Source: Octopus sinensis (Eukaryota). From it: a stretch of DNA of 64,000 nt. Numbering within the stretch: position 1 is the first letter of the stretch; the number at the start of each line of letters is the position of its first letter. Positions 11,898-24,770 of the stretch are shown here, piece by piece. Made by a program: the position numbers and the translations under genes. A model generated the notes under the pieces. That model was not told the DNA's origin. It saw nothing but the letters and a program-made list of their open reading frames with translations, and did not search any database. Where the stretch lies: contig NC_042998.1 of NCBI RefSeq assembly GCF_006345805.1, positions 21,080,001 through 21,144,000 on the forward strand, given 5' to 3'.

Positions 11898-12171
11898 ATG
11901 ATTGATTTTATTGTACACAGAATAAGAATTGGATCATATAGAAATTTCTGGAAGTTACCAAAGCAGCCGGGTGTCTAAGGAAAATCGTAATGTAAATTAT
12001 AGCTTTTGCGTTTTATTCCTTCTTACAGTTGGATTGTCAGCCCTGTTAGTTTCGATAGACCCCAGAGTTGAATCCAATCCTGGGCCAAAGGATATTTTAC
12101 CGTTCAAATATGAATCAGAAATTGAGAAAATGTCGAGCAATCTTCAGCCACTTATAGAATTTTCCAATTAA
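11898..12171 (+). other. Degenerate 2A-like (StopGo) leader relic, probably the start of a LINE ORF
   Basis: MIDFIVHRIRIGSY in one frame, then FCVLFLLTVGLSALLVSIDPRVESNPGP in ORF 11929..12171. Confidence 0.45.
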
Positions 12172-13211
12172 ACGGACAATGCACATTCTTATCCCTATTT
12201 CATTTGCCAACATTGTAAAGAGGGCAGATATATAGACAGAGAGGTTGATTTCATTCTTAAGAACATGATAGTAGTATGTTCACTCTCCGACAAAATGAAG
12301 TAGAGTGAAACAATTGTACTACTCTACCTTGGATATCCTTGTTGCTTATTTTGATTATAATCACCCCATTTGATTTATATGGATAATACCATAGAAAATT
12401 CTGGTGCCTTTAACTTAAGTACCATATTCATCTGAATCTAAATTTTGCTATACATACATATATGTATATATATATATATATATATACAATTTAACAACCA
12501 CACACACACACACATTTGTAAACTTGAAATTTCTTCATTTTTTTTAAAAATCATAGAAACAGATTTGTCAGGGGGATTTCTGGGAAAATATCTGCCAACT
12601 TGAGATCAAGAACACAATTTTACCTCATTCCAAAATTCAAGTCAATTAATGTCCTGTAATCCAGTGTTAGTTATAGGCTGTGAAAATTGAAAAAGTGGAC
12701 AACAAATTGCTATACTTAATAAAGATGATTTCAAAATGTTTAAAGTTGTCAAAGCAACACAATGGATGTATACATATAGATGAATCTATATTGTTTTGTC
12801 ATTAATACAAAAAGGGGAGGGAAGAGTGTTAATGAGGGAACAATAAATTCCAGCAATATTTGTGTGGGAGTGGTGGCGCAGTGGATGCTTGTCAGTTTCA
12901 TAATCATCTCTATATATAAAACTGAAATGCGTTTTTACCGCTTGGCTCGCTTTCAATGCCACTACGTCCCGTCCGATTCGCTCCAAAATTTACAGGGACA
13001 TGTAGAATGAGGTGACGATGCCCGTGGGCTACCTTAGATATCCCTATCTTAAAAGGTGTGGTTGCTAGGGGCCATCTTCCTCACTAACGCTATTTCCTAC
13101 ATTCCCCCCTAACTCCCCTCATATATAACTTTGACAAGTCCACTCCCGTTATTTAATGTAAAGTTCGTCATGAGAACAAATATTATCAATCAGATATTCA
13201 TTGCGTTCATT

Positions 13212-13245
<34 letters not shown>

Positions 13246-14067
13246 CGATATATAAATATGTATATATAATGTATATATACAAAGTGTATATATTTGTATT
13301 TATGTATATTAAACTTTTTAATACTTTTTGATAGTTATATATATTTTTAAACAAATTATAAATATAATTTAATCATTTTTATTTTAAATTTAAATAATTT
13401 AAATTTTTCAATTTTATATATTTTCTATATTATATATTTAAAATTTACAGGGACATGTAAAATGAGGTGACGATGCCCGTGGGCTACCTTAGAAATATAC
13501 ATGTGTATACATTACACATGTATATATATATGTATACACATGTATAAATATATATGTATACACATGTATATATACATATGTATATATATACATGTATAGA
13601 CACATCTTTAATTAAACTATTGACCGCCTTAAAACGGATTTCAACAGACAAATATTACTATAATGGGGAATTAAATGTATTTATTTATAAACTTTAAACT
13701 GAACTTCCATTGTTTTATAAACCTAACAGCGTGGTGGTACGTAAGTAAACGGCGTAAATTAACGAAGGTATAAACCTGACGTAAATACACGAAATTGACG
13801 TACTTTCACTTCTGACAGCTAACAGCATGACAGTCTGGGTCAACAGTTCATTTCCTCGGAGGATATGGAAATTCCTATTACCCGTCAGAGAAATAACTAC
13901 GGCAGCTCACAACTATTTCAACAAAGACAAGGTTACCTGCTTACCAGTCGAATTCAGCGTCAACGCTCACGTATGAGAGAGACTCCAACACACACACACA
14001 CACACACCACACACAACACACACACACAACACACACACACACACACACACACACTCACCACACCATC

Positions 14068-14129
<62 letters not shown>

Positions 14130-14707
14130 ATGTGTGCATTATGTGGTCGGTCGGTTCAGCTGAAAATATGCACACCTATGTTAAAAGTGCTGGCAAGTTT
14201 GCATGACAACTATTTTTTTTCCTCAAATGAAAGGCGTGACTTCTAGGACAAAATTCCTCATCTTATAAAATGTGGCCCCAGTACACCCGAATGAAATCGG
14301 GTTATATTAACCAAAATGTGAAAAGGGGTCTAAATGGGGCTGGAAAAGGATTAAAATTTAAAGGAGCGGGTGTTTATGAATTCTCTGTTACATCAATGCG
14401 TTCATTTATATATGTATGTGTGTGTGTGTGTGTGTGTTCTATATATAAATACGTATATATAATGTATATATACAAAGTGTATATATCTGTATTTATGTAT
14501 ATTAAACTTTTTAATACTTTTTGATAGTTATATATATTTTTAAACAAATTATAAATATAATTTAATTTTTTGTAAAATTTAAATAATTTACATTTTTCAA
14601 TTTTATATTTTATATATTTTATATATTATATTTTTATTTTTATGTTTTTGTCTTTGGTTTTTCACTGTTTGATTTGCCTGTTAGTGATTTTATCTCTAAT
14701 TTAATTT

Positions 14708-14740
<33 letters not shown>

Positions 14741-14799
14741 ATTTGTATACATTTGTATATATAATGCGTGCACACACACACACACATATATATATATAT

Positions 14800-15160
14800 C
14801 ACGTAAAAGCACCGTCCGTTCGTGGCCGGTTGCCAGCTCTGTCTGGCCCCGTGTCGGTGGCACGTAAAAGCACCATCCGTTCGTGTCCGTTGCCAGCATC
14901 GCTGGCCCCCGTGCCGGTGACACGTAAAAGCACCATCCGTTCGTGGCCGTTCGCCAGCTCTGTCTGGCACCTGTGCAGGTGGCACGTAAAAAACACCCAC
15001 TACACACTCGCGTAGTGGTTGGCGTTAGGAAGGGCATCCAGCCGTAGAAAACACTGCCAGATCTGACTGGGCCTGACGAAGCCTTCCAGCTTCACAGACC
15101 AGCTGACCCGTCCAACCATGCTAGCATGGGAAAACGGACGCTAACGATGATGATGATGAG
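14800..15160 (+). mobile_element. Family D retroposon
   Basis: Three CACGTAAAAGCACC... subrepeats, then the shared body and (GAT)n tail. Confidence 0.7.
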
Positions 15161-15161
15161 A

Positions 15162-15202
<41 letters not shown>

Positions 15203-15931
15203 GTGTGCATTATGTGGTCGGTCGGTCGGTTCAGCTGAAAATATGCACACCTATGTTAAAAGTCTGGCAAGTTTGCATGACAACTATTTTTTTTCCTCAA
15301 ATGAAACGCGTGACCTCTAGACAAAATTCCTCATCTTATAAAATGTGGCCCCAGTACATCCGAATGAAATCGGGTTATATTAACCAAAATGTGAAAAGGG
15401 GTCTAAATGGAGCTGGAAAAGGATTAAAATTTAAAGGAGCGGGTGTTTATGAATTCTCTGTTACATCAATGCGTTCATTTATATATGTGTGTGTGTGTGT
15501 TCTATATATAAATACGTATATATAATGTATATATACAAAGTGTATATATCTGTATTTATGTATATTAAACTTTTTAATACTTTTTGATAGTTATATATAT
15601 TTTTAAACAAATTATAAATATAATTTAATTTTTTAAAAATTTAAATAATTTACATTTTTCAATTTTATATTTTATATATTTTATATATTATATTTTTATT
15701 TTTATGTTTTTGTCTTTGGTTTTTCACTGTTTGATTTGCCTGTTAGTGATTTTATCTCTAACTTAATTTATACATATATATATATATTGTACTTATGAGT
15801 ATTATATTATATTATATAAGTGTAGCATTATGATGTATAAGTTTTTTTTATATTTTACATTTTTATATTTTTATATTTATATGTATATGGTTAAATAATA
15901 TTTTTCACAATTATAACAAATTTAATTTAAT

Positions 15932-16041
15932 TCTCTGAAGAGGCCGTGGGGCATCCTTGTTAATGCCTCATTTATACCTGCCTTTATGGCTTATAGGTTA
16001 AATGAGGTATGACTGCCCTCACTGCCGAAACAGCTGTCAGA
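15932..16041 (+). ncRNA. Minimal type I hammerhead ribozyme with extended stem II
   Basis: TCT-CTGAAGA-GGCCGTGGGGCA...TGCCCTCACTGCC-GAAA-CAGCTG-TC|AGA. Core complete, palindromic stem III ACAGCTGT, predicted GUC cleavage after 16038. Confidence 0.75.
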
Positions 16042-16271
16042 TTTGATTTAATTACATATTATATTTGAAATTTTTTTACTTATATCTGTTTGTCTATTTA
16101 CTCTACTGTATATTTTGTATAGTGCCTTTACCGATATGTAATGGTGTATTAAAGTATTGATTGAGTATCATCTGATAGTTGATGTTTTATTGATTTAAGT
16201 ATGTTTCTCCATTCTCTAATTTTGTAGTATATAATTTGTATACATTTGTATATATAATGCGTGCACACACA

Positions 16272-16333
<62 letters not shown>

Positions 16334-17174
16334 ACACATATATATATATATATATATATATAATGTGTGCATTATGTGGTCGGTCGGTTCAGCTGAAAAT
16401 ATGCACACCTATGTTAAAAGTGCTGACAAGTTTGCATGACAACTATTTTTTTCCTCAAATGAAACGCGTGACCTCTAGGACAAAATTCCTCATCTTATAA
16501 AAATGTGCCCAGTAACCCGAATGAAATCGGATTATATTAAGCAAAATGTGAAAAGGGTCTAAATGGGGCTGGAAGGGGATTAAAATTTAAATGAGCGAGT
16601 GTTTAGGAATTCTCTGTTATATCAAGCTAAAAAATTTGCGCCAGCCTTTTAATCGTCAATGTGTTGCCGTCCATGATGAAGTAGTTTTGAATGCTTGCTA
16701 TGGTGAGTCTACTGTCGTGAGAAAGAATCACTTCAAAACTTGGTGTTTACGAATTTTCTTTTACATCAAGTTCAAAATTTTACGCCAGCCGTTAAACTGT
16801 CAATACGTTGCTGTCCGTTGTTAAGAAATGCCAGCCATGGTGACTCTACTATCCTCACATTCTATCCCTTCAAACTTTGGTTTCCAATATTTTATTACTT
16901 TTATTCAGCTCGCAAGTTCGTCTGTCCCTTTTAAATGTTAGCGTTTTGCTGTCTGCTTTGAAGCAGACCTTTCCGTTGCCACTGCCTGATATTTATGATT
17001 GATCTTTCTAAATATTTTATTTCTCAACTTACTCAAGATCTTTTGTTGTTTATAAATGGGAGAGAGATAGATAAAGATAGAGAGTAAGAGAAAGCGAGGG
17101 AGAGTCCGAGAGAAAGAAAAGTAAGAGAGTGGGAAAGTGAGAGAGAAAGGAGAGAGAAACAAAGAGGGAGAATC

Positions 17175-17460
17175 ATCATCATCATCATCATCGTTTAACG
17201 TCCGTTTTCCGTGCTAGCACGGGTTGGACAGTTTGACCGGGGTCTGGGAAGCCAGGAGGCTGCACCAGGCTCCAGTCTGATCTGGCAGTGTTTCTACAGG
17301 TGGATGACCTTCCTAACGTCAACCACTCTGTGAGTGTAGTGGGTGCTTTTTTCGTGCCGCCGGCACAGGTGCCAGGGGTGCTGGCAGTGGCAACGATCGG
17401 TTGGTGCTTTTTACGTGCCACCGGCACAGAAGCCAGTCAAGGCGGCGCTGCAATCGGCCA
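17175..17460 (-). mobile_element. Family D retroposon, partial
   Basis: (ATC)n tail and body homologous to 5515-6005. Confidence 0.7.
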
Positions 17461-18725
17461 CGTATTTTTTTTAGGTGCTGAAAGGAAGCAACAGAAAGTA
17501 ACAACCACACTCTTACCCGCGCGTAGAGCGGGTCACCTTCAGCTAGTTGCTCTTATAAAAGTAGATATTTTACCAAAGCTGCGAAATGTCATGCTTTCTC
17601 TTTGTCAATCACTACTTAGGTGTTAGAGCTTTTATATGTACACTAGATTAATAGAAACCTTAATTATATGGGCATCGTAAGTTGGCCGAGGTGTAAGAGA
17701 CTGGACCAATCAGGACTCACGCCATTAGCCACAAAGAATAATCTCTACTCTAAGCTACTAAGAATGCGTGTGGCAACTTGAAGATCAACCCACCACACGC
17801 GATAGACTGGCAGTTGCACGGGCGCGAAAGCTACGTTGTTGTCCTCATTCCGTAAACGGTGTCTTTTAACGGGTGGAGAGCTGAACCATCCTGGGGTACA
17901 GAAGATTCGCAATCTAGACTAGGGTCTGAAAATTTACCACACTATAGTGGGTTACACCATGGTTCCTCTGCTTTGTGGCAGAAGTAGGACGAAAGAGTGA
18001 GAGAAAGTTGTGGTGAAAAAGTACGGCGGGGTTCACCACCACCCCGCCAGTGCCTCGTGGAACTTGGGTGTTTTTGCTCAATAAACACTCACCACTGGGC
18101 CATTGCGCCTCCACACTGTTGTGGTTGAAATACTTAGAGTGGTTATTGTTAGATATGATGGAACAGGATTTTGAAGTGTTGCCTTATACAAGAAACCTTA
18201 CCATTTACTTAAAGGGTTTGTGTTTTGCTTCTTCTTTACAACCATTGGCCACAAAATGCTCGTCTAATGAATAAAGAAACAGCAGTCAACTAAATCCCTC
18301 TCTATAACATTGATGGCTTTGTGGCAAATTTGTTATTATTACTACTTTTATCGCTTTTTTCCTTTTAGAAGCATATTGATTTCAAATTTTGGGGGTAGGA
18401 GATATTCGATTACATCGATCCCAATCGGGTCATCCCGAAAGGATGTACGGCTAAATCAACCTCGGAGGAATTTGAACTCAGAGCGTAAACACGGATTAAA
18501 TGCTGCTACGAATTTTGCCTGGCGCGCTAACGATTCTTATTTCTTTATTGCCCACAAGGGGCTAAACCCAGAGGGGACAGACAAGGACAGACAAAGGTAT
18601 TAATTCGATTACATCGAAAGGCATTTAGTCGATTACATCGACCCCAGTGCGTAACTGGGGAATAATTGAAAAAAATTTATTATAAGAATTGAATTTCTTC
18701 CAAGAAGTGTTCATATTCTACTTAC

Positions 18726-18842
18726 TTTATCTGCATATATTATAGCAGGGATACCCGTTGGGAAAAAGCAGAAAAAGGTGACAAGAATTGCTGCTACAAT
18801 CTTATTTTCAGCGTAGGTGGTTTGTGGCTGTTGCGTGGTTAT
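18726..18842 (-). CDS. Coding exon 2 of dispanin gene A (ITTQQPQTTYAENKIVAAILVTFFCFFPTGIPAIIYADK)
   Basis: tttcag| acceptor and |GTAAGT donor, 117 nt, phase 0/0, not in the ORF track. Matches the CD225 first hydrophobic segment (C-F-x-P-x-G-I-x-A-I). Confidence 0.92.
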
Positions 18843-18879
18843 CTGAAATATATGTCAGTGAAATTACACGACAATCTAG

Positions 18880-18910
<31 letters not shown>

Positions 18911-19096
18911 AATGATGATGATAACAATCCTTTCTACTATAGGCACAAGGCCTCAAATTTGTGGGGAGGGAACAAGTCGATTACATCAATACGCAGCGTT
19001 TTACTGGTACTTAATTTATTGACCCCGAAAGGATGAAAGGCAAAGTCTATCTCGGCGGGATTAAATAATAATGATAATGATGATGATGATGATAAT

Positions 19097-19660
19097 AAAT
19101 GCCCTGATGCAGTACAAGACAGTGGCTCTCGTGGCTCCTGATCTTAACTTATTGGAAGTGTTATCATGTACATTGTTTTGTCTTGGTATAAAAGATGGGC
19201 TACAGCAAATATTCTGCTCAATACCACAGATTTGCGTGTCAGTTGTTTGACCTTAACCAGTTGAGCATGTACCTTAGCGGCTGACAATATGTACATCTCT
19301 GATCACGAGCAGAAGTAGTGGGGTGAGCATCATAGCCGTGTGTTGAGAGGGATTCTTTGATGTTTGAATAATTCACCTCTGGAAACATGGGTGTTTCGTT
19401 CAACATCCTTAAACAACCCTTATTCAGGGACCTTTTGAGCGGGATGGGCTATTCGACCAGAAGAAAATTCTAACTGGGCCCCACTTGCAAGGTCATGTGC
19501 TGTTTATCTTGATATGAGATCACCATGTCGCGCACATATGGTTGTGATGCATGCGCCTAGTGTACCCTTATCAGACGGGTAGTCATGATGGGTATACTGG
19601 GCTTCGTATATTTTACCCCAGTGTCACTTTGATGGCATGCACTGCTCTGTTACTCAATAA
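19097..19660 (+). mobile_element. Unclassified non-coding element ending in (TAA)n
   Basis: Complex sequence between (GAT)n and (TAA)n tracts; possibly a 3' UTR or non-autonomous partner of R4/Dong-like LINEs. Confidence 0.35.
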
Positions 19661-19671
19661 TAATAATAATA

Positions 19672-19734
<63 letters not shown>

Positions 19735-19736
<2 letters not shown>

Positions 19737-20345
19737 GCTTCAAGCGAGAAATTGAAAGTATAAAAGCAAATGAAAAGAAAGCACCAACTGGAGGAGGAGA
19801 ATACGAATGAAGCTGGTAAATACACGAAAAGAACTGGGGCAATTGAATAGGATAATGAGGGGAGAGTTCAAGAATAAGGTAGTAATAAGAAAATTGAAAG
19901 GTCAGAACAGGTTAGAAGAAAGGGAAAAATCAAATAGCATATGAAGAATTGACACAAAAGGTGACAACATTAAAGATATGATGCTAGATGCAAAGGTTTC
20001 GAATAGAATATACTGCTCCGATCATATAGAAGGCGTCTATATGAGGAAATAGGCGGAGACCAACACCAGGAACTGATTCCAAATGCAGAAGAAAGTGAAG
20101 AATTTTTAGGATGGCTGTGGAACAGAACTGTGGCTAAAGAGTGGCTAACAAAGGTGGAAAGACAACTTGCAACTGATCCAAGAGAAAAGGACGTCAGAAT
20201 TAATCTATATACAGTGAGACAAAAGTTTAAAAAATAGCAAATTGGAAAGGACCAAGCGCAAATGGTTATTGGCTGAAGAACTTTATACAGTTGCTTGAAA
20301 GGATCGCTGCGCAACTGGATGGCTGCCTGCAGCAAGGTCACGTCC
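19735..20345 (+). mobile_element. R4/Dong-like LINE fragment, pre-RT region
   Basis: RRLYEEIGGDQHQELIPNAEESEEFLGWLWNRTVAKEWLTKVERQL and a degenerate NWKGPSANGYWLK motif. Confidence 0.7.
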
Positions 20346-20439
20346 TTGCCTAGTTGACAAGTGGACGAAAGTTGCTATGCCTCAAGGATCCATTGAAAGG
20401 GAAATTGGTAAAAATAACTGGTTTCAAATTTTGGCATGA

Positions 20440-20775
20440 GGCCAGTAATTTCGAGGCAGGTGATAACTTATTTTACCGATCGCGAAATGGATGAAAGGCA
20501 AAGTCGACCTCGGCGGAATTTGAACTCAAAACGTAACGACGGGCAAATACCTATTTCTTTACTACCCACAAGGGGCTAAATACAGAGGAGACAAAACAAG
20601 GACAGACAGACGGATTAAGTCGATTATATCGACCCCAGTGCGTAACTGGTACCTATTTAATCGACCCCGAAAGGATGAAAGGCAAAATCGACCTCGGTGG
20701 AATTTGAACTGAGAACGTAGCGGCAGACGAAATACCGCTAAGCATTTCGCCTGGCGTGCTAACGATGCTACCAGC
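20440..20775 (-). mobile_element. SINE family C, partial dimer
   Basis: Reverse complement of the 660-1640 unit, about 1.5 copies plus the head. Confidence 0.8.
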
Positions 20776-20782
20776 GTCTGCC

Positions 20783-20868
<86 letters not shown>

Positions 20869-20889
20869 TATTATTATTATTATTATTAT

Positions 20890-21115
20890 TTACAGAGAGT
20901 GGCGAAGTCGGAGACTTGTAAAATCCTTTGGCATTTCCCAATCCAAACAGATCAGGTGCTAGAGCATAACAGACCGGACCGAGTGGTGGTGGACAAGGTG
21001 CGCCACATATGCTGTATAGTTGATGTTGCATGTCCCTTTGACCCACGAACAGTCAAGAAGAAAGCGAAAAAAAAAAATAGAGAGATACAACCTTCATAAG
21101 TACGAAAGAGCGAGA
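20890..21115 (+). mobile_element. R4/Dong-like restriction-like endonuclease fragment after (TAA)n
   Basis: CKILWHFPIQTDQVLEHNRPDRVVVDKVRHICCIVDVACP (RPD...D motif). Confidence 0.75.
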
Positions 21116-21654
21116 AGTGACTCAATTGATCGAAGCAAGGTGGCTGCTCTACTAAGCACGTCACTCCGAACGGCAAGTCGAGTCGTATACAAGCGATCCC
21201 TTTCCCCTCGATCTTACTAAAAACTAATAATCATTTCTAACATATGCATAAGGTCACAAATTAAGAAAAAAGTAAATTAGGAAAAGACATTATTCGATTT
21301 TATAGACCTCATTAGTGAACTGGTATTTATTTTAACAATACTCTGAAGATTAAAGACGATGTTGAACTAAGGCAGGATTTGAACGTAGAATATAGAGAAC
21401 CGAAATAAATACCGCAAGGTATTTGTCCTACATTCTACCAATCCACTGCCTGAATGAAAAATAATAGCAAACATCACTTGTTTGCTAAATGCGGGCGTGT
21501 CTGTGTGGTTTTCTTGTCAACCACATGGTTCCAGCTTCAATCCCATTGCGTGAGACCTTGGGCGAGTGACTTCTACTATAGCCTCAGGCCGACCAAAGCT
21601 TTGTGAGTGGATTTGGTAGATGGAAGCTGAAAGAAGCCAGTCGTTTATATATAA

Positions 21655-21865
21655 AATTTGACCTCGTGTGTACCGTTGGCGATTTTTTTCCTCTGTCTTC
21701 CCTTCTCTGGATCTTTCCTTCTCCTATGTTTCCGACGAAGAGCTCCGCTCGAAACGTTAAACCCTCCTTCTTTCCTTCTTTCCTGAGCGTCCAATAATAC
21801 TATATTTGTTCCACGTCCTCGCGTTGTTGTGTTTTCTTGTGCTTTCTTGTTTGGATTAACTATAT
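21655..21865 (+). mobile_element. Penelope-like terminal-repeat fragment with hammerhead-like motif
   Basis: GTTT-CCGACGA-AGAGC-TCC-GCTC-GAAA-CG-TT-AAAC at 21728-21762; ends in (TA)n. Confidence 0.6.
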
Positions 21866-21894
21866 ATATATATATATATAATATATATACATAC

Positions 21895-21932
<38 letters not shown>

Positions 21933-21950
21933 CATATATATATATATATA

Positions 21951-21988
<38 letters not shown>

Positions 21989-22377
21989 TTTTATTAAAAG
22001 TAGCAGAAATATCACAAAAATGTTACTCGGAGTTTCAAGATCCTACTCGTCGGATAGTTTTGTTACATATACGTAAATGTCGAACAAGGAGAAGGACTGC
22101 TCAATACCGCATTGGTGGATAAAATTTCTTTATTTGTGTATTAAGGCTACCATTGGTTTCATGTTTGAAAAAATATCTTAATATCTTAACAATTTTTCAA
22201 GCCGGCCCCCCCGCAACCGCTCGACATGTTTATGTCCCTGTAAATTAGCAGTTCGGCAAAAGGGACGATTGAATAACTACCAGGCTTAAAAAGAATAACT
22301 ACTGGGGTCGATGCATTTGACAACTCACACACACCACACACACACACCACACACACACACACACACACCACACCACA

Positions 22378-22430
<53 letters not shown>

Positions 22431-22685
22431 CACGCATACACACACACACACATGGAGACCTATAATTGTACATCGCTCTAAAGCGCTAACTCACAAAAAT
22501 GAATTAAATATTAGATAACCAGATATTGATAAAATGTTCACGAAACCGAAATACATATTATGATAGATATAAAGATAAGATCGATTGAAAATTCTCGGTA
22601 GTAATTTCCCAGCAGAATCACAACCCAATAATTGCACGGAATTTAAATGTCAGATTTCTATTTAGGGAAAATAAAGAGGAAAACA

Positions 22686-22694
22686 GTAGTAGTT

Positions 22695-22782
<88 letters not shown>

Positions 22783-23105
22783 TATAATAATGATAATAAT
22801 AATAATAAATAATATAATAATGATAATGATAATAATAATAGTAATAATAATAATAATAATGATGATAATAATATAAAATAATAATAATAATAATATATAA
22901 TAATAATTATAAAATAATGATAATGATAATAATAATAATATAATAATAATAATAATAATATAATAATAATAATAATGATAATAATAATAATAATAATGAT
23001 AATAATAATAATAATGATATAATAATAATAATGATAATAATAATAATAATGATAATAATAATAATAGTAATGATAATAATAATGATAATAATAATAATAA
23101 TAATG

Positions 23106-23149
<44 letters not shown>

Positions 23150-23160
23150 TATAATGATAA
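22686..23160. repeat. Compound (TAG)n/(TAA)n/(TGA)n microsatellite
   Basis: ~470-bp trinucleotide tract; source of the poly-Y/I/L ORFs. Confidence 0.95.
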
Positions 23161-23164
23161 CAAC

Positions 23165-24025
23165 GGATCATGATAAAACGATGACAAGAAAAAACCCTTC
23201 ATGGCAAATACTGGGTTAAACTAAATAGAAAAGAAATATACAAAGCAAAATTCCAACAATGGTTGAGAAGCTCAGAACTCTAAGCAGTGCCTGAAGGATT
23301 TTCAATTGCAGCACAAGACCAAAGCCTCCCCACCAGAAATTGCCAAAAGACATATAATGAAAAGAAACATTGCAAGTAACTGCAGAATATGTGGAGACGG
23401 ACAAGAAACAATAAATCATATTGTCTTTGGCTGCCCAGTCCTGGCTTAGAAGGAATATATTCACAGACACGATAGAGTTAGGACCTATATACACTGGAAA
23501 CTATGCCAACACTATGGAATAACAACAGAAGAAAGATGGTAAAGGCACACACCAGAAAAGGTCACAGACAACGAGAAATGAACCATACTCTGGGATATGC
23601 CATTACACACATAGAAATTAAGGCCTATAGGCCAGATATAGTTGTTAGAGCTAACCAGGGGAAAAATGCTTTCTAATCGATGTATCAATACCAGCAGATG
23701 ACAATATTTGTCTAAAAGAAACGGAGAAAATTTCAAAATACAAAGATCTGGATATAGAGGTAACACGAATGTGGAGTCAAAAAACAGAAACAATTCCTAT
23801 CATAGTAGGTGCATTATGGATGATAAAAAATATTCAGATAAATACATAACAAAAACACCAGGACTAACAAGTAAATATAACATACAGAAAACAGCACTAC
23901 TAGGCACCGCGCACATCGTGCGTAAAACACTTTCAATACAGTAAAAATAAGAGCATCACAACAAACCACAGCACGTACTCAAGGCACACAGAGCTGCGTT
24001 CGGTAGTGCAATGAAAGCACGTGAT
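23165..24025 (+). mobile_element. R4/Dong-like LINE 3' fragment (CCHC zinc knuckle and RLE) between (TAA)n tracts
   Basis: Frameshifted CRICG...NHIV.GCP.L...Y.HRHD, RPDIVV, and KYNIQKTALLGTAHIVRKTLSIQ*. Confidence 0.85.
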
Positions 24026-24084
24026 AAAACTACTGCATGATAATAATAATAATGATGATGATGATGATTATAATAATAATAATA

Positions 24085-24119
<35 letters not shown>

Positions 24120-24134
24120 GTAATAATAATAATA

Positions 24135-24700
24135 ATAGTAATACAAGGCCTACAAAGAGCAACTCTGTGGAAATCACGGCCTATAAAGAGCAAAGACGTG
24201 GTATCAGCAAACCTCAGAAGGAGTCACCGAAAACGAGAATTGCAAAATTCTGTGGGTTGCAATGATTCAGTGCGAATATCTGACCAGACATCGGAAACCG
24301 GACATTGTTGTGGTGAATAAAAAAGAAAGAACATGTTTGATAATCGACATAGCATTCCCCAGTGACAACAGGATCAATGTGAAAGAAGAAGAAAAAATAA
24401 ACTATGGCGATTTAAAGTGAGAAAAACCAAGGTTGTGATCGATGAAGAGAGTAGACATGATACCAATAGTAATTGGTGCACTTGGGAGTCTCAGCGCTCA
24501 GCTACCAACATGGCTGAAAAAGATTGGTGCAAGTGTGAAGGTAGAACATCTACAAAAATCAGCATTGCTTGGAACTGCAAGAATTCTTCGCAGGGTTTTA
24601 GAAGCATGACCAGTAAACAAGTGTCACCTTAGTCTGCTGGCTGTGGACAGCTGACTCTTTCCATCATACCCAGCAAAATAAGCTGTGAGTTTTAATATAA
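24135..24700 (+). mobile_element. Second R4/Dong-like family, 3' end
   Basis: RKPDIVVVNKKERTCLIIDIAFP...QKSALLGTARILRRVLEA*; the same 3' end recurs at 63700-63845. Confidence 0.8.
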
Positions 24701-24702
24701 TA

Positions 24703-24769
<67 letters not shown>

Positions 24770-24770
<1 letters not shown>

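Larger units (their letters stand above)
13200..16630. repeat. Local tandem duplication of a ~1.1-kb unit (three copies plus a partial)
   Basis: AATGTGTGCATTATGTGGTCGGTCGGTTCAGCTGAAAATATGCAC... starts at ~14128, ~15200 and ~16362; the back half also occurs at 13205-13450. Confidence 0.85.
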
